Below, in pieces: positions 1 to 8,927 of a stretch of 64,000 bases of DNA. This stretch comes from an uncultured Alphaproteobacteria bacterium (GTDB lineage: Bacteria > Pseudomonadota > Alphaproteobacteria > HIMB59 > GCA-002718135). The notes beneath the pieces were generated by a model, which searched no databases, was not told the DNA's origin, and was given only the letters and a program-made list of their open reading frames with translations. The DNA is taken from positions 48,319-112,318 of the forward strand of contig CACOVJ010000001.1 in assembly GCA_902630465.1 (NCBI GenBank). The letters run 5' to 3'. The position numbers were made by a program, and so were the translations under genes. Every line of letters starts with the position of its first letter. The first letter of the stretch is position 1.

Positions 1-945
1 TGATACAATCCCATCATAAGTATCATTTATAGTAATATTAATCTGACTGTCGTTGATATTTGTGACTTTACAGTTAATTACATCATCTTGTTTAATACTA
101 TCATGTACATTGTCCCAAGGGTTAGGTGTAAGTTGCTTAATTCCTAAACTTAATCTAGAAAGCTCTTCATCAAACTTTAATACCTTTACTTTAATGGACT
201 GATTTAGCTCAAGAACATCGCTAGGATTATTTATTTTTGTCCACGAAATATCCGTTACATGAACTAACCCATCTAATCCTCCTAAATCAATAAAAGCACC
301 ATAGTCAGTTAAATTTTTAACTTTACCCTCTATTATTGAACCTTCCTCAATTGAACTAAGTAATTCTTTTCTTTGTTCTTTGAGTTCATTTTCAGTAATC
401 GCTTTTCTGGATACTACGATATTTCCTCTGTACTTATCCATTTTAAGAATTAGTAATTCTAAAGGTTTATTAAGCAATTCTTTTGTGTCTTTAACAATTT
501 GTCTTGTATCAATTTGACTACCAGGTAGAAAAGCTGTTACACCATTTAAATCAACGCTCATTCCACCTTTTACTCTATTAAAAGGCATACCCGTTACTAT
601 TTGATTGTTGGAAAAGCTTTCTTGTAAATCGTGCCATGCTTTTTGTTTAACTGCTTTTTCGCGTGATAGCGATGTTTCACCGTTTGCATTATCGACATTT
701 TCAATAAAAACTTCAGTAGTATCTCCAACATTTATTTCGGCACTATGACCTGGCCTAGAAAATTCACTTAGAGGAACTCTACCCTCACTTTTTAAGCCTA
801 CATCAATGGTGACAATTTCATTTTCTATTGAAACAACTGTTCCAGTAATAATACTCTTTTCTTTAATCTTTGAATTCTTAAAGGAATTTGTAATTAGTTT
901 ATCATATTCAGAATTTGTTAGCTTACTACTCACGTTTACAGACAT
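1..945 (-). CDS. rpsA: 30S ribosomal protein S1, N-terminal part (runs off the window start)
   Basis: Not in the ORF track. Minus-strand ATG at 945 reads MSVNVSSKLTNSEYDKL...VTIDVGLKSEGRVPL...AFLPGSQID...LTDYGAFIDLGGLDGLVHVTDISW, which are S1 repeats. It lies directly downstream of cmk, the usual cmk-rpsA order. Confidence 0.96.
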   Translation of the reverse strand, partial: MSVNVSSKLTNSEYDKLITNSFKNSKIKEKSIITGTVVSIENEIVTIDVGLKSEGRVPLSEFSRPGHSAEINVGDTTEVFIENVDNANGETSLSREKAVKQKAWHDLQESFSNNQIVTGMPFNRVKGGMSVDLNGVTAFLPGSQIDTRQIVKDTKELLNKPLELLILKMDKYRGNIVVSRKAITENELKEQRKELLSSIEEGSIIEGKVKNLTDYGAFIDLGGLDGLVHVTDISWTKINNPSDVLELNQSIKVKVLKFDEELSRLSLGIKQLTPNPWDNVHDSIKQDDVINCKVTNINDSQINITINDTYDGIVS

Positions 946-946
946 T

Positions 947-1585
947 TTATAAATTCCTAATGTGATAATCTATTTGACTTTTGGTATCTTCAAATGAACC
1001 GTTATTATCAATTATTACTGAACCCTTTGCTCTAGTAAGAGGGGAGTTTTTTCTATTAATATCTTTTTTATCTCTCAATTTAATATCTTTCAAAATTTTT
1101 CGGTATATAGACTTTTCGCCTGTATCAATCAACTGTTTATATCTTCTTTTTGCTCTATTTTTTTCATTTACCTCAATATATAGTTTTAAATCTGCATTTT
1201 TGAAAACTACTGATCCAATATCTCTTCCATCAATTACAAAACATTTATCTTTTGTATTCAATTTAACAAAATCTCTTTGAAATTTATTAATGTAGCTTCT
1301 AATAAATTCATATACAGCAATTTTTGAGGCTGTTTTGCTAACAATTTCAGTCCTAAGCTTTTTAGAATTTCTATAAGATATAACTGTTTTGCTTAAAATA
1401 ATTTGCTTAATCTCATTTTTTGAGCTTAAGTTTATTTTTTCTTTTAATAATTCGTACGCGACTCTTCTATAAAGAATCCCTGAGTCAAGATGTTTGAATT
1501 TCCATTTTTTATTTATATACTTAGCAATTTTACCTTTACCAGAAGCTGCAGGTCCATCAATACTGATAATTATTTTTTTTAACAA
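947..1585 (-). CDS. cmk: Cytidylate kinase
   Basis: IDGPAASGKG P-loop, LDSGILYR and DGRDIG motifs; located between aroA and rpsA. Confidence 0.95.
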   Translation of the reverse strand: MLKKIIISIDGPAASGKGKIAKYINKKWKFKHLDSGILYRRVAYELLKEKINLSSKNEIKQIILSKTVISYRNSKKLRTEIVSKTASKIAVYEFIRSYINKFQRDFVKLNTKDKCFVIDGRDIGSVVFKNADLKLYIEVNEKNRAKRRYKQLIDTGEKSIYRKILKDIKLRDKKDINRKNSPLTRAKGSVIIDNNGSFEDTKSQIDYHIRNL

Positions 1586-2877
1586 ATATTGCCACCAATA
1601 TTATTGTATTCACTCTTAAATGTAGGGAAACTAGTTTTTATTGACTCAGAGTCTTCGATTTGTAAAGGGCCTACTTTTGAACCCATTATTGCAAAAGCCA
1701 TAGCAATCCTATGATCAAAATCAGTTTGTATTGTATTTCTTTTGATAAGGTAATTTTTACTAGGATTGATGAATAAATCATCATCAACAATTTTACTTTC
1801 AACACCACAATTTTTTAAATTCAGGTCAATAAGTTTGAGTCTGTCACTCTCTTTAACTTTTAGCTCACTTAATCCTCTAAAGATACTAGGAGAAGTTGCA
1901 AAAGATGCAGCAATAGAAAGTATGGGATATTCATCTATCATAAGTTTAGCAATATCTGGTTCTAGATCACATCCTTTTAATTCTGAGCTTTCAACTTCAA
2001 TATCACATACTTGCTCATTGTTATAGAATCTCTTATTATTTAAAGAAATCCTACCACCCATTTTTTTTAGTGCTCTTAATATGCCGTCTCTAGTTGGGTT
2101 AATATTTATATTCCTTAAAACTATATGTGAATTTTGATTTATCAAAGCTGCAACAATAAAAAAAGCACTGCTTGATAAATCACAAGGAACTTCTATATTT
2201 TGTGATTTTAATTCTTTTTTACCTTTTATAGTTATTATTTTTTTTGAATTATCTTTTTTAACGAATATATCTGCCCCAAATGCTCTAAGCATTATTTCGG
2301 TATGATCTCTTGTAATATTGTGCTCAACTATTCTTGAAATACCCTTAGTATTTATAGCTGCTAAAATAACACCTGATTTTATCTGTGCTGAAGGAATTTT
2401 AATTTCTATATCACGATTTGTTAGTTTCTGGCCGTTAATTTGTATTGGCAGTTTGTTATTATTTGTAAGAATTTTTGCATTCATTTCTGACAAAGGATCA
2501 ACTATTCTTTTCATTGGTCTTTTTGAAAGAGATTCATCCCCTGTAAGTACTGAATTAAAATTTTGAGAAGATAGTAGACCTGTTAATAGTCTTGCACTTG
2601 TCCCAGAATTTCCAAGATAGATGTCACTTCTTGGCTCTTTTAACGAGTTAAGACCTTTTCCTTTAATAATTATTTTATCATTTTTTTTATTAATATCGAC
2701 ACCTAACGCAACAAATGCTTTTAAAGTGTTTTTCACATCATCTGAATCTAAGCAATTACTTACTTCACAAATACCTTTTGAAATAGAGGGAATAATTATT
2801 GATCTGTGAGATATTGATTTATCACCTGGGATTTCAGGACTTCCGTTTATTCCCAAATTTATCTTTTCACTAATCAT
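1579..2877 (-). CDS. aroA: 3-phosphoshikimate 1-carboxyvinyltransferase (EPSP synthase)
   Basis: PGDKSISHR, LGNSGT, SAQIKS, KESDR and DHRIAM motifs. Confidence 0.97.
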   Translation of the reverse strand: MISEKINLGINGSPEIPGDKSISHRSIIIPSISKGICEVSNCLDSDDVKNTLKAFVALGVDINKKNDKIIIKGKGLNSLKEPRSDIYLGNSGTSARLLTGLLSSQNFNSVLTGDESLSKRPMKRIVDPLSEMNAKILTNNNKLPIQINGQKLTNRDIEIKIPSAQIKSGVILAAINTKGISRIVEHNITRDHTEIMLRAFGADIFVKKDNSKKIITIKGKKELKSQNIEVPCDLSSSAFFIVAALINQNSHIVLRNININPTRDGILRALKKMGGRISLNNKRFYNNEQVCDIEVESSELKGCDLEPDIAKLMIDEYPILSIAASFATSPSIFRGLSELKVKESDRLKLIDLNLKNCGVESKIVDDDLFINPSKNYLIKRNTIQTDFDHRIAMAFAIMGSKVGPLQIEDSESIKTSFPTFKSEYNNIGGNIC

Positions 2878-3621
2878 TTATAATTTAAATTCTGAACCTA
2901 AGTAAAAACTTTTGATTTTTTCATTTTGAACAGCAGTTCTTGGATCACCCTCAAAAAAAATTGCTCCTTCATTTACAATGTAAACTTTATCTACAATTTT
3001 TAAAGTTTCTCTTACATTATGGTCAGTTATTAAAATACCAATATTTTTATTTTTTAGTTTTCTAATAATTATTTTAATTTCGTCAATTGATACAGGATCA
3101 ATACCTGTTAGAGGTTCATCTAAGAGCAAATATTTAGGGTTTGATGCTAGTGTTCTTGCAATTTCTAACCTTCTTCTTTCACCACCAGAAAGAACCGTTG
3201 ATTTCGATTTTCTTACATGATTAATATCAAATTCATTTAACAAATTTTGTAATTTAATTTCTTGCTTATTTTTATCACTTTCACTTATTTCAATAATAGA
3301 CAGTAAATTATCTTCAACATTCATTCCTCTAAAAATTGATGCTTCTTGTGGAAGGTAGCTAATACCCATCAGCCCTCTTTTATAAATTGGCACTTTCGAA
3401 ATATCCAACTTATCTAAATAAATGCTACCTCTATCGGCATTAACTAATCCCACAATTATATAGAAACTGGTTGTTTTTCCAGCTCCATTTGGTCCAAGAA
3501 GACCAACAATTTCACCTCTTTTAATTGAAAGACTTAAACTTCTAATAACTTGTTTATTTCCATATGTTTTAGAAACTTTATTGACTATTAATCCATCGTC
3601 TAAGATATTAAACTTATTCAT
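2878..3621 (-). CDS. lptB: LPS export ABC transporter ATP-binding protein
   Basis: GPNGAGKTT Walker A, YLPQEASIF, LSGGERRRLEIAR and ILITDHNVRETL motifs; follows lptC/lptA-like genes. Confidence 0.95.
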   Translation of the reverse strand: MNKFNILDDGLIVNKVSKTYGNKQVIRSLSLSIKRGEIVGLLGPNGAGKTTSFYIIVGLVNADRGSIYLDKLDISKVPIYKRGLMGISYLPQEASIFRGMNVEDNLLSIIEISESDKNKQEIKLQNLLNEFDINHVRKSKSTVLSGGERRRLEIARTLASNPKYLLLDEPLTGIDPVSIDEIKIIIRKLKNKNIGILITDHNVRETLKIVDKVYIVNEGAIFFEGDPRTAVQNEKIKSFYLGSEFKL

Positions 3622-4378
3622 CGTTTTCAGATATAATAATCATAACCTTTTTTGATTTATTAGATTTTATTTTATATGAATTTGTAGCTGTATTTAGTGT
3701 GCCATAGTCTCCTGTAATAGTTTCACTTTCACTAACTATCTTAACATCATTTTTAAGCTCAATAATTGATGTATTGTCATCAAAATCTATTTCTTTAGCA
3801 AACATCTCGACACCACCATTTCTTATGTAAGCACCATCATCATCATCTACATCAAGCATTGTAATTTCTCTTTCATTATTTTTATTGGAGAAAGATCCAT
3901 TTATTTGTTCTCCCTTAATTAATATATTTTCACTATTAAGAGAAGAATTAGGACCACTTAATGCAAAATTTCCATTTTTGTTATTTATTTTAATATTTCC
4001 ATCTGAAAACATTTTTATATCTTTCGTGTTCAAATTTGAATTCAATCCCTCAATATATATTTCTTCATTTTGTACCATAAATTTTAACTTTGCCCCAGTT
4101 CCATTAATTTTATATTCCAAAGATTTTAATTTAACATTTCCATCTGCATCAATTATTTTAATATCATATAAATCTTTTCCAAAAAAAATTTTTATTAGAT
4201 CTCCTTCTAAAGCAAAATTATCAGATTCAATTTTGACGTTTTTTTTTAAAAGATAATACTTATTATCTTGAAACACTTCAATTCCATCTTCTGCAGTTAT
4301 TTTAGTTTCTCCAGTAGTTCTTCCATGTAATGTATACGTCTGTAAAAAAATAAAAATAAAAAAAAGTATATATTTCAT
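3614..4378 (-). CDS. lptA: LptA/OstA-family periplasmic LPS transport protein (elongated)
   Basis: Signal-peptide-like N-terminus; beta-jellyroll-like repeats (ITAEDGIE, DADGNVKL, LKNDVKI); position between lptC-like and lptB. Confidence 0.75.
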   Translation of the reverse strand: MKYILFFIFIFLQTYTLHGRTTGETKITAEDGIEVFQDNKYYLLKKNVKIESDNFALEGDLIKIFFGKDLYDIKIIDADGNVKLKSLEYKINGTGAKLKFMVQNEEIYIEGLNSNLNTKDIKMFSDGNIKINNKNGNFALSGPNSSLNSENILIKGEQINGSFSNKNNEREITMLDVDDDDGAYIRNGGVEMFAKEIDFDDNTSIIELKNDVKIVSESETITGDYGTLNTATNSYKIKSNKSKKVMIIISENDE

Positions 4379-4821
4379 TTGATGATTATGATTGAGTTTC
4401 CATTAAATTTTATTTTGTTACCATTATCATAAATATCAAATCCCTCTGATGAAATTTTAGTATTCTTAGATTTAAAGAAAGATTTTGAATTACTAGTTGC
4501 AGTTTGATCTAATCTATTAAACATTACATTATCAGTCTTAATACTAAAATTGTTTGATTTAAATACAACGTTTTTTTTTAGTAATATTTTGTTGTCATCA
4601 ATAAAATTTCCTTCTTTAGCTGTAACAAATATTTTTTGATTAATACTATTTATTGCAAATCTCGGCTCTATAATATCGGCATTTGACAGAACAACATTCG
4701 ACAAATTAATATTATTATTTGATGTATAATATTTAAAAAAAAATAAAATTAAAAAAAGAAGCGAAATTAAAAAAGTAAAAAATAAAATATATTTTTTATT
4801 TAATGAAAGTAAAAAATTCAA
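4375..4821 (-). CDS. lptC: LPS export protein LptC-like
   Basis: Single N-terminal TM helix followed by a beta-rich domain ending IKFNGNS; kdsD-lptC-lptA-lptB synteny. Confidence 0.7.
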   Translation of the reverse strand: MNFLLSLNKKYILFFTFLISLLFLILFFFKYYTSNNNINLSNVVLSNADIIEPRFAINSINQKIFVTAKEGNFIDDNKILLKKNVVFKSNNFSIKTDNVMFNRLDQTATSNSKSFFKSKNTKISSEGFDIYDNGNKIKFNGNSIIIIK

Positions 4822-4822
4822 T

Positions 4823-5782
4823 TTAACTCGTTAATCTTAGCAAGTCGTGAATATGTACAATGCCTACAGGCATCTTTCTATCACATACGAACAAACTGGT
4901 TATTTTTTTACTATTCATTAGATTCAACGCTTCCCCTACCAGCATATTTTTATTAGCAAGAGTAGGTTTATTTGTCATAATTTCTTTTGCTCTTTTCTCA
5001 AAAAATTTTGCGTTAATCTTTCTTCTTAGATCACCATCAGTTATTATACCAATAATTTTTTTTTTCGAGTCAAGTACTCCTAGACAACCAAAACTTTTGC
5101 TTGTCATCACAATCAGTGCTTTTGACATTTTTTCACTGCCATCAATAATTGGCAAAGATTTTTTAGTATGCATTACATCGCCAACTGTTTTCAAATCTTT
5201 ACCAAGATTTCCACCTGGATGATAATTTTTAAAATGCTTACTTCCAAAACCTCTAAGCTCTAAAAGTGCTACAGAGAGACAATCTCCAATAATTAAAGCC
5301 ATAGTGGTAGAAGTGGTTGGAGCTAAATTTAATGGGCAAGCTTCTTTTGGTTTTTTATATAATATACCAATAGTAGCATTTTTATGTAAAGTACTCTTAG
5401 AATTGCTAGTAATACTAATAAGAGGTATATTAAATCTTTTAGTAAAATTTATAATATTATTTAATTCTGATGTTTCTCCAGAGTTTGAAATTGCAATAAC
5501 ACAGTCTTTTTTTTGAATATTGCCAAGATCACCGTGGCTAGCCTCTGTAGCATGCACAAAATATGAAGGCGTACCTGTCGAAGTTAATGTTGCTGAAATT
5601 TTTTTTCCAATATGTGCACTTTTACCTACACCTGTAACTATGACCCTACCTTTAAGATCATGGATAATTTCTACAGCTTTAGAAAAACTATTATTAAAAG
5701 TAGATTCCAAAGTTCTGATACTTACTAATTCTTTAGATAAAGCTTTTTTTGCACTTGTGATTATTTTTTTGTTATTACTCAT
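4823..5782 (-). CDS. kdsD: Arabinose-5-phosphate isomerase (KpsF/GutQ family, SIS + 2 CBS)
   Basis: VTGVGKSAHIG, EASHGDLG, APTTST, HPGG and ITDGDLRR motifs. Confidence 0.94.
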   Translation of the reverse strand: MSNNKKIITSAKKALSKELVSIRTLESTFNNSFSKAVEIIHDLKGRVIVTGVGKSAHIGKKISATLTSTGTPSYFVHATEASHGDLGNIQKKDCVIAISNSGETSELNNIINFTKRFNIPLISITSNSKSTLHKNATIGILYKKPKEACPLNLAPTTSTTMALIIGDCLSVALLELRGFGSKHFKNYHPGGNLGKDLKTVGDVMHTKKSLPIIDGSEKMSKALIVMTSKSFGCLGVLDSKKKIIGIITDGDLRRKINAKFFEKRAKEIMTNKPTLANKNMLVGEALNLMNSKKITSLFVCDRKMPVGIVHIHDLLRLTS

Positions 5783-5787
5783 TAATT

Positions 5788-6396
5788 TTAATGCCTAAAT
5801 ATGTCTTGATCTCCCCAACCACTAATATCCAAAGTTGTTCTTATTTCAATAAAGTCAAAACATGCCTTTGCAAGCTTAACCCTTCTCTCTCTTAAAAGCA
5901 TATTATCTAGCTTTGCTTTTATTTTGTGTAGATATAGTACATCAGTTGCAGCATATTTTTTTTGATCGTTTGTAAGTTCAGCACCCCAATCAGAAGATTG
6001 TTCAACTTTTGAAATATTTTTATTAAGCAGTTCATTACAAAGATCTTTATATCCATGTTTGTCTGTATAAGTTCTTACAAGCTTAGATGCTATTTTTGTG
6101 CAATAGATATTTTTAATATTAATTTTAAAATTATATTTAAATACAGCTACATCAAATCGAGCAAAATGAAATATCTTTTGTATTCTATTATTTTTTAAAA
6201 TTTTAATTAAATTTAATGGTTTTTTCTTTGAAAGATCAATTTTAATTAAATGGCAAATATCATCTCCGTTAGATATTTGAACAAGACATAACTTATCTCT
6301 AAAAGGATTAAGACCCATGGTTTCACTATCAATAGCTATTGTATTAGCTATTTTTACACTTTGTGGGATATCGTTTTTGTAAAGTTTAATTTTCAT
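5788..6396 (-). CDS. rnd: Ribonuclease D-like 3'-5' exonuclease (short DEDDy form)
   Basis: AIDSETMGL, KIFHFARFD, QSSDWG and YAATDV motifs; ends DIFRH as in alphaproteobacterial RNase D. Confidence 0.88.
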   Translation of the reverse strand: MKIKLYKNDIPQSVKIANTIAIDSETMGLNPFRDKLCLVQISNGDDICHLIKIDLSKKKPLNLIKILKNNRIQKIFHFARFDVAVFKYNFKINIKNIYCTKIASKLVRTYTDKHGYKDLCNELLNKNISKVEQSSDWGAELTNDQKKYAATDVLYLHKIKAKLDNMLLRERRVKLAKACFDFIEIRTTLDISGWGDQDIFRH

Positions 6397-6457
6397 TTTG
6401 ATATTTTTACTTATTCTATGTATATTTCTATACTATATCATTAATTTTTTAAAGGTC

Positions 6458-7363
6458 ATGAAATCAATAGTAATATTTGGCGGCGCAGGTTTTATAGGCA
6501 AGCATTTAATTAGAAGGTTAGCTAAAAATGGTTATAAAATTGTTGTCCCCTATCAAAAATCTATACAAGAGGCTAAAATTAGACTTCTAGGAGTTACAGG
6601 ACAGATCACACCTTTTCGATACTCTTCATTACATGACAAGCGTTTGCAATCTGTACTAATTAACACCGATATTTGCATAAATCTTAAAACTACATATGAT
6701 CAAAAAAAAGGTATTTTTAATGAAACTATCTATAAATTCAATAAACAACTACTTAAGATTTTGAAATTAAATAAAGAATTAGGAATGTTCATTTTTTTTT
6801 CAGGATTAGGTGTCGACATAAACAAAAACTCTTCTAGAAGCGTAGCAGTTTTTAAAAGTGAAAAAGAAATTTTAAAAACAATTGATAATGCTATAATTAT
6901 AAGGCCTGGCGTCATTATTGGTGGTGGTGATATATTTTTAAAAAGATTGTTATCTATTTTCAAAATGTCTTTCTTTGTGCCTCTTTTTGGAGATGGTTCT
7001 AAAAAGTTTCAACCTGTATTTATTGATGATATCTCGCTTGCAGTAGAGAAGATTATAAATGACAATATAAAAGGAAAAAATATTTACGAATTAGCTGGTC
7101 CGCGGATTATTTCATATAGAGATTTTTATAAATATATTTCAAAATGTCTTAATAAAACGAGGGTTTTGGTACCAGTCCCTTTAAATATTATGAAGCCTTT
7201 AATTAGTATTACTGAAAAAACTCCGTTTTCACCTTTAACTTTAGAACAGTTAAGGCTTTTTGAAAAAGACAATATTTTACAAAATGTAGATAAAACATTT
7301 AAAAATTTAGATATTAATCCACAAGATACTCTCCAGATAACTTCAAATATTATTGAAAATTAG
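6458..7363 (+). CDS. NAD(P)-binding SDR, complex I NDUFA9-like family
   Basis: IFGGAGFIG Rossmann motif, G-Q-I-T-P segment, FQPVFIDD and YELAGP. ATG at 6458 preferred over the track's TTG at 6398. Confidence 0.8.
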   Translation: MKSIVIFGGAGFIGKHLIRRLAKNGYKIVVPYQKSIQEAKIRLLGVTGQITPFRYSSLHDKRLQSVLINTDICINLKTTYDQKKGIFNETIYKFNKQLLKILKLNKELGMFIFFSGLGVDINKNSSRSVAVFKSEKEILKTIDNAIIIRPGVIIGGGDIFLKRLLSIFKMSFFVPLFGDGSKKFQPVFIDDISLAVEKIINDNIKGKNIYELAGPRIISYRDFYKYISKCLNKTRVLVPVPLNIMKPLISITEKTPFSPLTLEQLRLFEKDNILQNVDKTFKNLDINPQDTLQITSNIIEN

Positions 7364-7372
7364 GCATTTTTT

Positions 7373-7403
7373 CTAATTTAGTAAAAAAATGAGACTAAAT
7401 TAG
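7373..7403. promoter_or_regulatory. 10-bp perfect inverted repeat upstream of gltD (operator or weak terminator)
   Basis: CTAATTTAGT-N11-ACTAAATTAG in the NDUFA9-like/gltD gap; function is inferred only. Confidence 0.35.
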
Positions 7404-7481
7404 TGATTTTAGGGTTTATTTTTAAATTTATTGAGTGTATTTGGTCGTTCTTGGAAAAATAAGTAAACAATGCTGACCTAA

Positions 7482-8927
7482 ATGTTAAAGTTTGTTAAAA
7501 TTAATCAGGAAAACCCTAGTAAAATTCCTGCTGAAAAAAGAGTAAAATCTTTTGATGAGATTTATGCTAGGTATGCTTCTCAAAAAGCTGAGGAACAAGC
7601 TTCTAGATGTTCTCAGTGCGGTGTTCCATTTTGTCAGGTTCACTGCCCACTTCATAATAATATTCCTGACTGGTTAAAACTAACAGCTGAAGAAAGAATG
7701 CAAGAGGCTTTTGAAATTTCAAGTTCAACTAATAACATGCCAGAAATTTGTGGAAGGATCTGCCCACAAGATCGTTTATGTGAAGGTAACTGTGTAATTG
7801 AACAATCTGGACATGGAACAGTCACAATCGGTTCAATTGAAAAATTTATAACAGACAAAGCTTGGGAAGAAGGCTGGGTAAAAAAAATAATTCCAGCTGA
7901 AGAAAAAAATGAAAGCATTGGCATAATTGGCTCAGGTCCAGCTGGATTAGCTGCAGCTGAAGAGCTTAGAAAAAAAGGTTTTCAGATCACTATATATGAT
8001 CGTTACGATAGGCCTGGTGGACTTTTAATATATGGAATTCCAAATTTTAAATTAGAAAAAGAAATTGTTATAAGAAGAACAGATCGTCTTAAAGAAAGTG
8101 GAATTAAATTTGAATTAAACTGCGATATTGGGAAAGATATAACTTTTGCAGATATAAAAAATAAGCATGACGCAGTTTTAATTGCCACTGGAGTTTATAA
8201 ATTTAGAGAAATTAATCTTAACAACTCAAACTACAACAACGTGGTACCAGCATTAGACTTCTTAGTTGCCAGTAACAAAACTGGTTTAAAAGATAAAGTT
8301 GAAGATTTTGTAAATGGAAGATTAAATGCAAGTGGTAAAAACGTTGTGGTTATCGGCGGCGGCGACACAGCAATGGATTGTGTGCGAACTGCAGTAAGAC
8401 AAGGAGCTAAATCTGTTAAGTGTTTATATAGACGTGATAAAACAAATATGCCTGGATCACAAAGAGAAGTTCAAAACGCTATTGAAGAGGGTGTGGATTT
8501 CCAGTGGTTGACTTTACCTACTGAATATTCTGGAAATGGTTCTCTAAAAAATGTCAAAACTGTTCTTATGCAACTTGGCGAACCAGATGAGTCTGGAAGG
8601 AGAAAACCTGAACCAAAAGAAGGAACAGAAAAATATCTTGATGTTGATCTCGTTATAGAGGCTCTTGGCTTTGAGCCGGAAAATTTACCTAAACTTTTTG
8701 ATAATCAAGAACTAACCGTAACTAGATGGGGAACTCTTAAAATTAATTATAAAAGCATGATGACATCAATTGACGGCGTCTTTGCTGCAGGTGATATTGT
8801 TCGAGGAGCAAGTCTTGTTGTATGGGGTATTAAAGATGGAAGAGATGCAGCTAAAAACATTCAAGAATACATAGAGTTTAAACAACTTTTACATAGTAGA
8901 GAGAACAAGAAAGCTGCTAATGCCTAA
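7482..8927 (+). CDS. gltD: Glutamate synthase (NADPH) small subunit
   Basis: RCSQCGVPFCQVHCP and CGRICPQDRLCEGNC Fe-S motifs, GSGPAGL, GGGDTAMDC and AAGDIVRGASLVVW. Confidence 0.97.
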   Translation: MLKFVKINQENPSKIPAEKRVKSFDEIYARYASQKAEEQASRCSQCGVPFCQVHCPLHNNIPDWLKLTAEERMQEAFEISSSTNNMPEICGRICPQDRLCEGNCVIEQSGHGTVTIGSIEKFITDKAWEEGWVKKIIPAEEKNESIGIIGSGPAGLAAAEELRKKGFQITIYDRYDRPGGLLIYGIPNFKLEKEIVIRRTDRLKESGIKFELNCDIGKDITFADIKNKHDAVLIATGVYKFREINLNNSNYNNVVPALDFLVASNKTGLKDKVEDFVNGRLNASGKNVVVIGGGDTAMDCVRTAVRQGAKSVKCLYRRDKTNMPGSQREVQNAIEEGVDFQWLTLPTEYSGNGSLKNVKTVLMQLGEPDESGRRKPEPKEGTEKYLDVDLVIEALGFEPENLPKLFDNQELTVTRWGTLKINYKSMMTSIDGVFAAGDIVRGASLVVWGIKDGRDAAKNIQEYIEFKQLLHSRENKKAANA

